A stretch of DNA of 61,112 nt. Origin: a virus (lineage: Duplodnaviria > Caudoviricetes). A model generated the notes under the pieces. That model saw only the letters and a program-made list of their open reading frames with translations, had not been told where the DNA came from and searched no databases. Where the stretch lies: IMG/VR virus record IMGVR_UViG_3300009514_000026, positions 1 through 61,112 of that record. One strand, written 5' to 3'. A program made the position numbers and the translations under genes. Below, piece by piece: positions 39,357 through 47,177 of the stretch (position 1 is the first letter of the stretch; each line of letters starts with the position of its first letter).

Positions 39357-40145
39357 TTAGACTATTGTTAGTGAAGTTCCACATTCGGTACAGAATTTAG
39401 CTACTGCTTTATTCGTGCGGCCGCATGTAGTACATTTTGGTTTTGCCTTAACTGTAACAGGCTTTGTAACTTGTTGGTTGTCTTCTGTTTGTCCAAGCAT
39501 TTGAAGCACAATGACATGTGTTTCTGTTTCCGTTGGGAACCAGTCTGCATCTTTGAACGTTTGATCTGAAACAGAACCCGGTACAGTGATACCAGCATCG
39601 TTTAGATTAGCATCTGCACAAACATGATTAACATTAACAGAACCAGAGATATTGTTACTAATGCCGCCGGTATTGGCGCTATAATTAGCGTTATTTCCGA
39701 TGATACCGCGCCTTGCGTCGCTACCCGAAGTAAAAGTAAATTGATCGTTAGTCCATGGGTTATTCCAATATGTTGGATAAACATTTATTGGTTGTTGTTC
39801 AAAATTAAATTCAATACGAACTAAACCATCTTCAACACCAACACCACGGTTCTTTTCAATATTAGCAGTGCGTTCGATAAATTTGAACCGATTGCCTTTG
39901 TTAAGATTGCCATTTTTAATAAAACGTTCAAGTTCTACATTGCTATTTGCATTAACAACAAATTTTGTACCATCACCAACGTCAACACCATCAATTTCTA
40001 TCTTGACAAGTGCGCGAACGCCGTTAAGGTTTTTGATTAGAACTGAATATTCACTTCCGAAAGGAAGTCTTACTATTTCGCCAGATTCACGAAGAACCTG
40101 ACCGGCAGATTTGAGAGCTACTGCAAGCTTATTATTATACATCAT
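39357..40145 (-). CDS. Hypothetical protein with C-terminal zinc ribbon
   Basis: AAGGAG SD; CTTCG...FCTECG. Confidence 0.7.
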   Translation of the reverse strand: MMYNNKLAVALKSAGQVLRESGEIVRLPFGSEYSVLIKNLNGVRALVKIEIDGVDVGDGTKFVVNANSNVELERFIKNGNLNKGNRFKFIERTANIEKNRGVGVEDGLVRIEFNFEQQPINVYPTYWNNPWTNDQFTFTSGSDARRGIIGNNANYSANTGGISNNISGSVNVNHVCADANLNDAGITVPGSVSDQTFKDADWFPTETETHVIVLQMLGQTEDNQQVTKPVTVKAKPKCTTCGRTNKAVAKFCTECGTSLTIV

Positions 40146-40234
40146 GATTACTCCTTTTACAGTGCACAGACTAAGCACTCAAATGTTTAAAAGTCTGTTG
40201 GTCATGCGAAAGATGTGATTTCGCATAATTCTAT

Positions 40235-40804
40235 TTATACCTGTTTCATGGCGATGGACAATCGTGGTTCAGCAAGTCCTGTACCATATATCCAATCTAT
40301 ATTCTCATGGTGTCTTATACCATAAGAACCTAATTCTATTCCGTTTGTTTCGATGTCATAACTTTCATCGTCACGGTTATCAACAGTTTCCACAACAGTT
40401 GTCGAAACAAACTGTTCAAAGAACTGTCTTGCATCGTAAATCATCGTTTCCATGCTTGATGACCATTTCCACCATTTTCTTGTATAGTGAATAAGTTCAA
40501 CTTTCATAAAATATTTTTGATGAATTTCATCTTCATCATCGTTACGGAAACATGGTGTGATAGCGCAATATTTTCCTTCTTTTAGTTGACCAGTTCGAAT
40601 AAGATAAAGAAAAGATTGTTCCGCGCTTCCTACTAAGTACTTGTTAAGGTACATGTTATTAGTGAAATCAAAATTTGATGGCGTAGTGATCTTTAAGGCA
40701 TCTTTAGGAACTGTCCAAGGCACATCAATCAGTTTGTATCCTTGGTCTTGATAATATTCAAGTGCATCTACAAGCAATGCGTAATTAATCACTTCTAGTA
40801 CCAT
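40235..40804 (-). CDS. Stand-alone class II aminoacyl-tRNA synthetase-like catalytic domain
   Basis: GSAEQS, motif 2 TPCFR...FMKVEL, ELGS, motif 3 GTGLAEPRL. Confidence 0.7.
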   Translation of the reverse strand: MVLEVINYALLVDALEYYQDQGYKLIDVPWTVPKDALKITTPSNFDFTNNMYLNKYLVGSAEQSFLYLIRTGQLKEGKYCAITPCFRNDDEDEIHQKYFMKVELIHYTRKWWKWSSSMETMIYDARQFFEQFVSTTVVETVDNRDDESYDIETNGIELGSYGIRHHENIDWIYGTGLAEPRLSIAMKQV

Positions 40805-41036
40805 CGTCAAATGCACGTCTTGTTGCATCGGACATTATTTTTAAATCTTCCATGGTTAAGTCTGGAAAATGTTTTTCAAGATAACCACGAATGGCACCAT
40901 AGATATCTGATAATTCACACATTGCCATTATCTTGTTGTTTTGTTCAAGTGATTCTTTTAGTTCATCTAATTCTTCTTCAATCTTGGATATTTCACCAAA
41001 TTTACCACGCTTGATTTCTCTTAAATGATAAGCCAT
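40785..41036 (-). CDS. MazG-like nucleotide pyrophosphohydrolase
   Basis: KIEEELDE...ELSD. Confidence 0.55.
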   Translation of the reverse strand: MAYHLREIKRGKFGEISKIEEELDELKESLEQNNKIMAMCELSDIYGAIRGYLEKHFPDLTMEDLKIMSDATRRAFDDGTRSD

Positions 41037-41050
41037 TAATCACCTATAAT

Positions 41051-41134
41051 TGGTTGCGAGTGTGGGATTCGAACCCACGATGGGGGAGCTGCCCCTACTG
41101 CGGCCCATGGTGCCGCCATCAGCCAATCCTCGCG
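41051..41134 (-). ncRNA. D-armless initiator-like tRNA mimic
   Basis: C1xA72 acceptor, A-CCA, T arm, loop AC-CAT-GG, GATG/CATC helix instead of a D arm. Confidence 0.6.
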
Positions 41135-41143
41135 CTTGTTTAA

Positions 41144-41271
41144 AACGACGGCCAGCAACTCTCTTTTGGTTCCCAACTAGTGCACTTACAACTAAGAGTA
41201 TCGCGAATCGGTCTTGTTGTGACTGTTGATATGCTCATCGCCCCTGCTGGTGGGTATGTAATCGCGTCGTT
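41144..41271 (-). ncRNA. Unassigned structured RNA
   Basis: Closing helices AACGACG/CGUCGUU and CCAGCA/UGCUGG between tRNA genes. Confidence 0.45.
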
Positions 41272-41281
41272 AAATTTTATT

Positions 41282-41399
41282 TGGTACCGGCGGCGGGATT
41301 CGAACCCGCATGACGTTACCGTCGCTGGATTTTTTTAAGCATCCTTCTAAAAAGATGCTTCGTAAAAGTCCAGTGTGTATACCATTCCACCACACCGGC
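41282..41399 (-). tRNA. tRNA-Leu (probably TAA) with a 32-nt anticodon-loop intron
   Basis: Leu body with variable arm; hairpin insert about 41334-41365. Confidence 0.75.
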
Positions 41400-41432
41400 A
41401 TTAAACAATTGTCAATTGTGTACATTCGCCTT

Positions 41433-41642
41433 TTAGGCAGTTATACCCCGCATGGCTAATACTGTACGTGCTTTTGCATGATAGCGTTTTTGATCAACAC
41501 GTCCAAGAACAGTTTTCAGTGCTTCAGTTGTCATTTGAAGTGCAGATGTGCCAGTTTTGCGCGAACCAATACGAAACTTGCGCCTTACGTTAAATCTATG
41601 AATGGTATTTCCGTTTTTTATTACTTTGCGACCCTTTGGCAT
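41433..41642 (-). CDS. Small basic hypothetical protein
   Basis: 69 aa, AAGGG SD. Confidence 0.55.
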   Translation of the reverse strand: MPKGRKVIKNGNTIHRFNVRRKFRIGSRKTGTSALQMTTEALKTVLGRVDQKRYHAKARTVLAMRGITA

Positions 41643-41677
41643 TTTTATAACCCTTTAATTAGTTAATAAGAACATTA

Positions 41678-41917
41678 TTATTGAGATATTATATAGTCCT
41701 TTGACATAATTGTCAATAGTTGTTGTTTAGTTCGTTCGCGCTTAATCTTAATTGCCCAACAATTATACTTTTTATTAAAGTAAATTGAATTAACACTCTT
41801 GTTAATTTGATTACATATTGTAACCAATTTTTCTTTAGTATCACAAATTACATAATAATTTCCCCCTAAGCCTATTTTAAGTCTGGGTATTTCAAATGAC
41901 ATTAGCATTAAAGACAT
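41678..41917 (-). CDS. Hypothetical protein
   Basis: 79-aa ORF. Confidence 0.4.
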   Translation of the reverse strand: MSLMLMSFEIPRLKIGLGGNYYVICDTKEKLVTICNQINKSVNSIYFNKKYNCWAIKIKRERTKQQLLTIMSKDYIISQ

Positions 41918-41934
41918 ATATTTAATTTCCTATT

Positions 41935-42008
41935 TGGCGGACCGCCAGGGATTCGAACCCCGCACGCTGTAGTTTGGAGCCACGGCTGCTTACCCATGAG
42001 CGCGATCC
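41935..42008 (-). tRNA. Atypical tRNA with CCA (Trp) anticodon
   Basis: Loop CT-CCA-AA, G73-CCA, shrunken D arm, extended anticodon stem. Confidence 0.6.
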
Positions 42009-42222
42009 ATAAATAGTGACTTGACATTTCTGTACTAATAGCATGGTGTGAGAGGTCACCGAAAATTGTTATCGGGCTGACACAGTAAACCAACTAACTT
42101 GTTTAATTTCTTCCAACGTCATATCTTCTAACGCGGAATAGATAGCATCGTAAAGTGCTTTTGTTAGTTTTTCTTTGTTGTCTAAATAGAATTGATATGA
42201 CATGTTGTTGTCCTTATTAAAT

Positions 42223-42313
42223 TGGTAGCGGATGCAGGAGTCGAACCTGCTATCTTCAGCTTATGAGACTGAAATGATTCTGCTGTTAGGCATCTCCGTT
42301 TCACTCCCCCGCT
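42223..42313 (-). tRNA. tRNA-Met(CAT) with D-loop insertion
   Basis: Cloverleaf with 23-nt D loop containing TGC-CTAACA-GCA. Confidence 0.7.
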
Positions 42314-42319
42314 ATTGTT

Positions 42320-42394
42320 TGGCACCCACCACAGGATTCGAACCTGCATCCCTTTCGTTCGTAGCGAAAGACTCGTCCATTAAGCTAAGTGGGC
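42320..42394 (-). tRNA. tRNA-Arg(ACG)
   Basis: Loop CT-ACG-AA, CCA. Confidence 0.85.
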
Positions 42395-42433
42395 ATTGTT
42401 TAACACAATAAAAAAAATTTATTATGTTATGTT

Positions 42434-42508
42434 TGGTGGAACCTATCCGATTCGAACGGATGTCTCCTCCTCTTCAGGGAGGCGCTATGCCTACTCAGCT
42501 AAGGTTCC
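42434..42508 (-). tRNA. tRNA-Phe(GAA)
   Basis: Loop CT-GAA-GA, CCA. Confidence 0.85.
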
Positions 42509-43394
42509 ATTGTTTTAGAATTTCGTAGAATGTATTATATCCAGTTTTAGAACGAATTATATTACAAGCATTAAATGCTTTGCATAGTGTACCATGTTCA
42601 AGGTATGCTTCGTAGAGTTTTTGGAAATTATCTCTAACTTTATTAGGTCTTGAAAGTTGCTTACATGCATTTGAACAATAACGAACATTATGTTTTTTTG
42701 CGTTGAAAGACGTATGACATTTTTCACAAATATTAATGATTGGAGTTTTTTCTGTAGTACCACAATTCCAACCTTTATTCAAGTAGTCTAGTAAATCATC
42801 GCGTTTTATTTTCTTTGTATTGGTATCTTTATTTACCCATGCCCACTTTGTGCCATATTGAGAATTATTCTCACCAACACACTTTCCTTTTTTAGATTCT
42901 GATATTTTTCTCTTGGATTCTTCAGAATGTTTTTTGCCTGTCCAATCTGGAGGAGTACTTGTATTGCGTCCTTCTGCATAGGCAAGTTTACCAGATTTGC
43001 TTAATTTTTCAGATTTTCTTTTAACCCATTCTGCGTCATTTTCAAGCAACCGCTTTTGTGTTTCTTGACTTTTCTTGTTATTCTCTCTTTGTTGCTGTGA
43101 TGTCCATCCACCACCACCTTCACCACCTAATCTAATATTCATTGAAAATGGATCTTTTAATAAATTTTCATTAACTATGTTCCTTTCCATGTGAACCAAT
43201 TCTTCTCGCGTAGAAGCAATATGTGTTATTTCTTTTACATGGTTATCCTTCCCATACTTTTTCACAGAACGTTTGAGTATTAAACCAGAACCAAAATAGT
43301 CATCGTTTAAGTCATATGTAGTATGCATACCAATATAATACTTGTTAGTAATAATATTAGTTATTTTATAAATGTAATGATGTTGTTTCCGCAT
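42495..43394 (-). mobile_element. Free-standing GIY-YIG homing endonuclease (Seg-like) with NUMOD3
   Basis: YIYKITN...YYIG, YFGSG, GKKHSEESKRKIS. Confidence 0.85.
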
Positions 43395-43397
43395 CGT

Positions 43398-43455
43398 GTC
43401 GTACACCTTTGTATTCTATAAGTGTATTTATCACTAGAATACAAAGGTGTACGAC
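43398..43455 (-). promoter_or_regulatory. 21-bp perfect inverted repeat with a late promoter in the loop
   Basis: GTCGTACACCTTTGTATTCTA at 43398-43418 and its complement at 43435-43455; ATAAATA in the loop. Confidence 0.75.
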
Positions 43456-43520
43456 CAGATTCGAACTGGCATCTTTCTGATTCACAGTCAGAGACTTTAA
43501 CCAATTAAGCTACATACACC
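43446..43520 (-). tRNA. tRNA-His(GTG)
   Basis: G-1:C73, loop CT-GTG-AA, no encoded CCA. Confidence 0.88.
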
Positions 43521-43598
43521 ATAACGGGAAGTCTGGACCACGCTATAACGGTATCGGTCATCCCCCGCAAGCTAATCACTTCCCATATTTAAATTCGT

Positions 43599-43770
43599 TG
43601 CGACTTATGACCACCGAAGTGTATCTGCGCCCCGTTTAATCATCTATGGGCTTCAACTCCACAGCCCAAGACAGTAACCCAATACTTGCCCGAGGCAGTC
43701 GCATAGGTTTCCCAAGTTATGAGCAAGGTACTATTCCCAATTGATGCTACACTTGCGTGCTTAGATGATT
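43599..43770 (-). ncRNA. Unassigned multi-pseudoknot RNA
   Basis: AAUCAUCUA/UAGAUGAUU, AAGUGUA/UACACUU, UGCGACU/AGUCGCA, UGGGCU/AGCCCA pairings. Confidence 0.6.
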
Positions 43771-43774
43771 TACT

Positions 43775-43850
43775 TGGCACCGGCGAGGGGAATCGAACCC
43801 CCCTATATCTCGCAGACAACGAGTTGCAATGCCCAGATTGCTACGCCGGT
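43775..43850 (-). tRNA. tRNA-Asp(GTC)
   Basis: Loop TT-GTC-TG, G73-CCA. Confidence 0.75.
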
Positions 43851-43857
43851 AAAATTT

Positions 43858-43996
43858 AAAAGAACAGTTACGAGGTGTTAAGGCGTATCAGCTATGTGAC
43901 CACATGGGTAGCGTGGCGCGATGGCAACCCACCGTTTGTGAATTGTTATTCCACCGCCATTCCCTTAATCTTTCTTCAGCGTGTACCCTGTTCTTT
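43858..43996 (-). ncRNA. Unassigned structured RNA
   Basis: Closing helix AAAGAACAG/CUGUUCUUU, inner UUAAGG/CCUUAA. Confidence 0.45.
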
Positions 43997-44001
43997 GTTT
44001 T

Positions 44002-44086
44002 TGGAGCAGGCGACGCGACTCGAACGCGCAGTGTCTTTCGACGGCAGCTTGGAAGGCTGCTAGGTTACCATTACCGATACGCCTGC
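44002..44086 (-). tRNA. tRNA-Gly(TCC) with long variable arm
   Basis: Loop CT-TCC-AA, GTC-GAAA-GAC arm, U73-CCA. Confidence 0.8.
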
Positions 44087-44154
44087 TTTTCATTCCAATG
44101 TTCCTTTTTATGACAATTACTACAAAGCACTATACACTTATTCATTTCATTGTT

Positions 44155-44232
44155 TGGTACCACAGACGAGACTCGAACTCGCATCTTCAAGCTTGAAAGG
44201 CTTGCGTTCTATTCCATTTAAACTACTGTGGT
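44155..44232 (-). tRNA. tRNA-Glu(TTC)
   Basis: Loop CT-TTC-AA, CCA. Confidence 0.85.
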
Positions 44233-44245
44233 ATTTGTTTGAATT

Positions 44246-45310
44246 TTACGCAGGAACACGGCGTTGTATTTGTGAAACAACAAAGGCTAATTCTTGAGAG
44301 TTAAGGGACTTTGCTATTTTAGTAATTTGTTTAACAGCTTTTGATGCTGTTCCTTCAGCTTTGGTTGCTGCAGCACCGCCAGCGATTGCAGTTACACCTG
44401 TGCTTAATGCTTTTGTTATATCTTTTAGATTTTCACCAGAAGCCTTTGCTTCTTGGAATGCAGTTTGAAGCGCTTTTTGATCATTAGTAAACTGGTCGAA
44501 GAAAGCACGAATCTGGTATCCTACTTCCTTTTTAGCATCTATACTGCCCGCATCCCCCCAAGCATTTAATAATTTTTGAGCTTCATCCACTTGGTCAGCT
44601 GGAATATAGTGATCCCATGTAACAGAGGACATATTAAATACTGATTGGCTGGTGCTGGTGGCTTCAAACTTGCCCGACAGATGCATTACTTCATCCCCCA
44701 AAATAGCTTCTTTAATGTCTAATGCTAGTCGTCCTGCCCCCTCAAAAAAATCTGCCAGCGCCGATGCGCCCATACCAACAAGAGAACCAACAACACCAAC
44801 AGTAGCGGCTTTACCAAGTGCAGTACTTGCTCGCTCGCCTTTGGCTAAACCAATAGCTGTTCTTAACGCGCCACCTACGGCCATACCAAGCGCCGGAGTC
44901 CCTAATACAGATGTTAAGCCTGATAGGACACCAATAATAAATGCTGTTTTCTTTGGATGTTCTTGACCAATTTTACCCAGCCCGCGCGCCATTTGAACTG
45001 CTTTGTGATTGTCACCAAGTTTGGCTTTATAATTGTCAATTATTTTATCAATTTTGGTATCAAAGTTTTGTACTGGTTGAGTATCTTGTAATTTTTTAGC
45101 AGCGGTTTTAACAAAAGCAGCAATTTTTCCAGCGCCAGTAGCCGCCACCTTTGCACCTTTAGCAGCCATACCAACAGCTTTCTTTGCACCAGCAAACATA
45201 CCAGCTTCATTCATTCGGTACATTTCGAGGATTACTTCATTGATATCATCGCGGCCTTCAACGAGAACAATTTCGTTATTGTTGAAGCTATTGAGTTCTT
45301 GTAGTTTCAT
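44246..45310 (-). CDS. Late Ala/Gly-rich protein with hydrophobic segments (possible ejected protein)
   Basis: MKLQEL start, ...MNEAG site, two hydrophobic stretches. Confidence 0.55.
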   Translation of the reverse strand: MKLQELNSFNNNEIVLVEGRDDINEVILEMYRMNEAGMFAGAKKAVGMAAKGAKVAATGAGKIAAFVKTAAKKLQDTQPVQNFDTKIDKIIDNYKAKLGDNHKAVQMARGLGKIGQEHPKKTAFIIGVLSGLTSVLGTPALGMAVGGALRTAIGLAKGERASTALGKAATVGVVGSLVGMGASALADFFEGAGRLALDIKEAILGDEVMHLSGKFEATSTSQSVFNMSSVTWDHYIPADQVDEAQKLLNAWGDAGSIDAKKEVGYQIRAFFDQFTNDQKALQTAFQEAKASGENLKDITKALSTGVTAIAGGAAATKAEGTASKAVKQITKIAKSLNSQELAFVVSQIQRRVPA

Positions 45311-45473
45311 TCTGCTTACCAGTTGTGGCTTTTTCACGATGTGCATTAACTAAAGGACGTAAAATACTACTACGTTCTTTTGGATTTTTTTTTAGATAAG
45401 CCACGATCTTCTGTACAAGTTGTGTTAATTGGGCTTTTCTATCTGCTTCTATTAATAGTTCACAAACTTTCAT
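45288..45473 (-). CDS. Small late protein
   Basis: TAAATA; MKVCELLIE. Confidence 0.5.
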   Translation of the reverse strand: MKVCELLIEADRKAQLTQLVQKIVAYLKKNPKERSSILRPLVNAHREKATTGKQNETTRTQ

Positions 45474-45502
45474 AATATTATTTATGGTTTGGTAATTTAA
45501 TT

Positions 45503-45586
45503 TGGTACAGCGGACGGGATTCGAACCCGCGAACCGTTAGGACTAGATTGAAAGTCTAGCTTCTTTAGCCACTTGAATACCACTGT
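45503..45586 (-). tRNA. tRNA-Glu(TTC) with enlarged variable region
   Basis: Loop CT-TTC-AA; 12-nt variable region. Confidence 0.75.
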
Positions 45587-45669
45587 ATAATATTTTGGGG
45601 ACTGACAAAGGGATTAGCCTTTTATTTCACTGTGTCGCGACATTCTCAGACAGACCAGTCCATCGTATT

Positions 45670-45762
45670 TGGTGGTTTCCCGAGGATTTGAACCTCACGC
45701 CCAACCGCCCCCACTTCTTTTGGAAGGCAACGGTTTTACAGACCGCCGTGGGGAAAGGAAAC
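45670..45762 (-). tRNA. D-armless, rearranged tRNA-Tyr(GTA)-like RNA
   Basis: GGTTCCT acceptor, loop CT-GTA-AA, only 9 nt in place of the D arm, CCCCAC/GTGGGG helix, A73-CCA. Confidence 0.65.
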
Positions 45763-45833
45763 CTTTTAATGGTCAACACACCGTTTCGGACTATAAATAC
45801 ATTAAAGTAACCTGAATGTTAACCTATGAATAA

Positions 45834-46298
45834 TTTGTCAAATCGTCCACAAAATTTGCATCAAGATACCACAAAAAATACTGTGATTCTTGTTCTCCGA
45901 ACATTAGACATTATAGAACACGTGCTAAATTTGAATTTAATGTGTATGAATATCCGAACGAATTTGATCTGACGCTTATTGAAAAACACGGTTGGTATTC
46001 ACCGAATGGATATAAGCGTCGCAATAAATCACCAAATTTAACTGGTATTTCACGTGATCATCTGTATACCGTTCATGATGGTTTTCACAATAATGTAGAT
46101 CCCATGCTTTTGTCACACCCTACTAATTGTAAACTTATTCCACACAATGGCAAAAATGGTAACAATAGTAAAAACAATAAAAGTTCTATATCATTGGATG
46201 AACTTAAAAAACGAATATCTTTATGGGATAAAAATATTTTTAATTGGAAGCCCTGCCTGGAATTGAACCAGAATCTCAACATTCAAAGTGTTGCGTGA
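45834..46298 (+). pseudogene. HNH-type homing endonuclease, N-terminally disrupted
   Basis: SRDH...HPTNC...HN..N motif; frame open back to a TAA near 45831, with the nearby ATG out of frame. Confidence 0.55.
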
Positions 46299-46320
46299 TA
46301 AGCCATTACACCACAAGGCC
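46245..46320 (-). tRNA. tRNA-Gln(TTG)
   Basis: Loop CT-TTG-AA, CCA. Confidence 0.8.
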
Positions 46321-46326
46321 ATTGTT

Positions 46327-46404
46327 TGGTCAGGATGACAGTACTCGAAACTGCATGATATCTTCGCCCCAAACGAAGTGGCTTGCCTCTTAGCCCACAC
46401 CCTG
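46327..46404 (-). tRNA. tRNA-Pro(TGG)
   Basis: C1-G72, A73, loop TT-TGG-GG. Confidence 0.85.
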
Positions 46405-46456
46405 TTTATTTTAGTCTGTATTGGTTCGTTTGGATTTCAAATCCATAAATACAGAC

Positions 46457-47017
46457 ATGTCTAAAAAAGAAAATTTAATTAATATAAACCATAGCAAATT
46501 CAAAGAACTTACTGGATCATGTACCACAAAAGCAGAACTTCATGCTAAGTTAGAAGTTCCCGTAAATGGAACATATACGAGAATCGTCAATAAACTTATG
46601 GTTGATACAAACGCCAAGTTAAGACCCAAAAAATTAAAATATAATTTAATTATAAAAACTTGTCCAGTTTGTGGTGATGAATTTGTGCATTACGAAAATC
46701 ATCCAAGACCTAAAACTACTTGTTCATATGCATGTTCTAATAAACATTTTCGTTCTGGTACAAATAACGGTAACTATGATCCAACCAAATATAGAAATGT
46801 TTGTTTTGAACATCATGAAAAAGAATGCATCATATGTAAAGAAAATAGAATCGTTGATGTTCACCACCATGATGGTAACCATGATAACAATGAACCATCA
46901 AATTTAATACCGCTGTGTCCTACGCATCACACTTTATATCATAGTAGATTTCGTGATGACGTATTACCATATATCGAACAATATCGTAAGACCTTTATAA
47001 AATCTTACGACAATTAA
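46457..47017 (+). mobile_element. HNH homing endonuclease, antisense to the tRNA array
   Basis: CPVC...CSYAC, CIIC, VHHHDGNHDNN...NLIPLCPTHH; TAAATA upstream. Confidence 0.85.
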
Positions 47018-47018
47018 T

Positions 47019-47093
47019 TGGTCACCGTACTTGGATTCGAACCAAGACCGCTACGCTCCAGACGTACTATGCTGCCATTAACACCATGCGGAG
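47019..47093 (-). tRNA. tRNA-Pro(TGG), atypical (C33)
   Basis: Loop TC-TGG-AG, CCA. Confidence 0.6.
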
Positions 47094-47097
47094 ATAA

Positions 47098-47173
47098 TGT
47101 GGGCAGTTGGATTTCATACCAACAATTTCTTTCGTAGAGAAATGCTGTCCTATGAAGGTTAGACTATACCCAC
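47098..47173 (-). pseudogene. Degenerate tRNA-like sequence (ACG loop)
   Basis: GTGGGTA/TGCCCAC acceptor, loop CT-ACG-AA, aberrant D and T loops. Confidence 0.45.
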
Positions 47174-47177
47174 TAAG

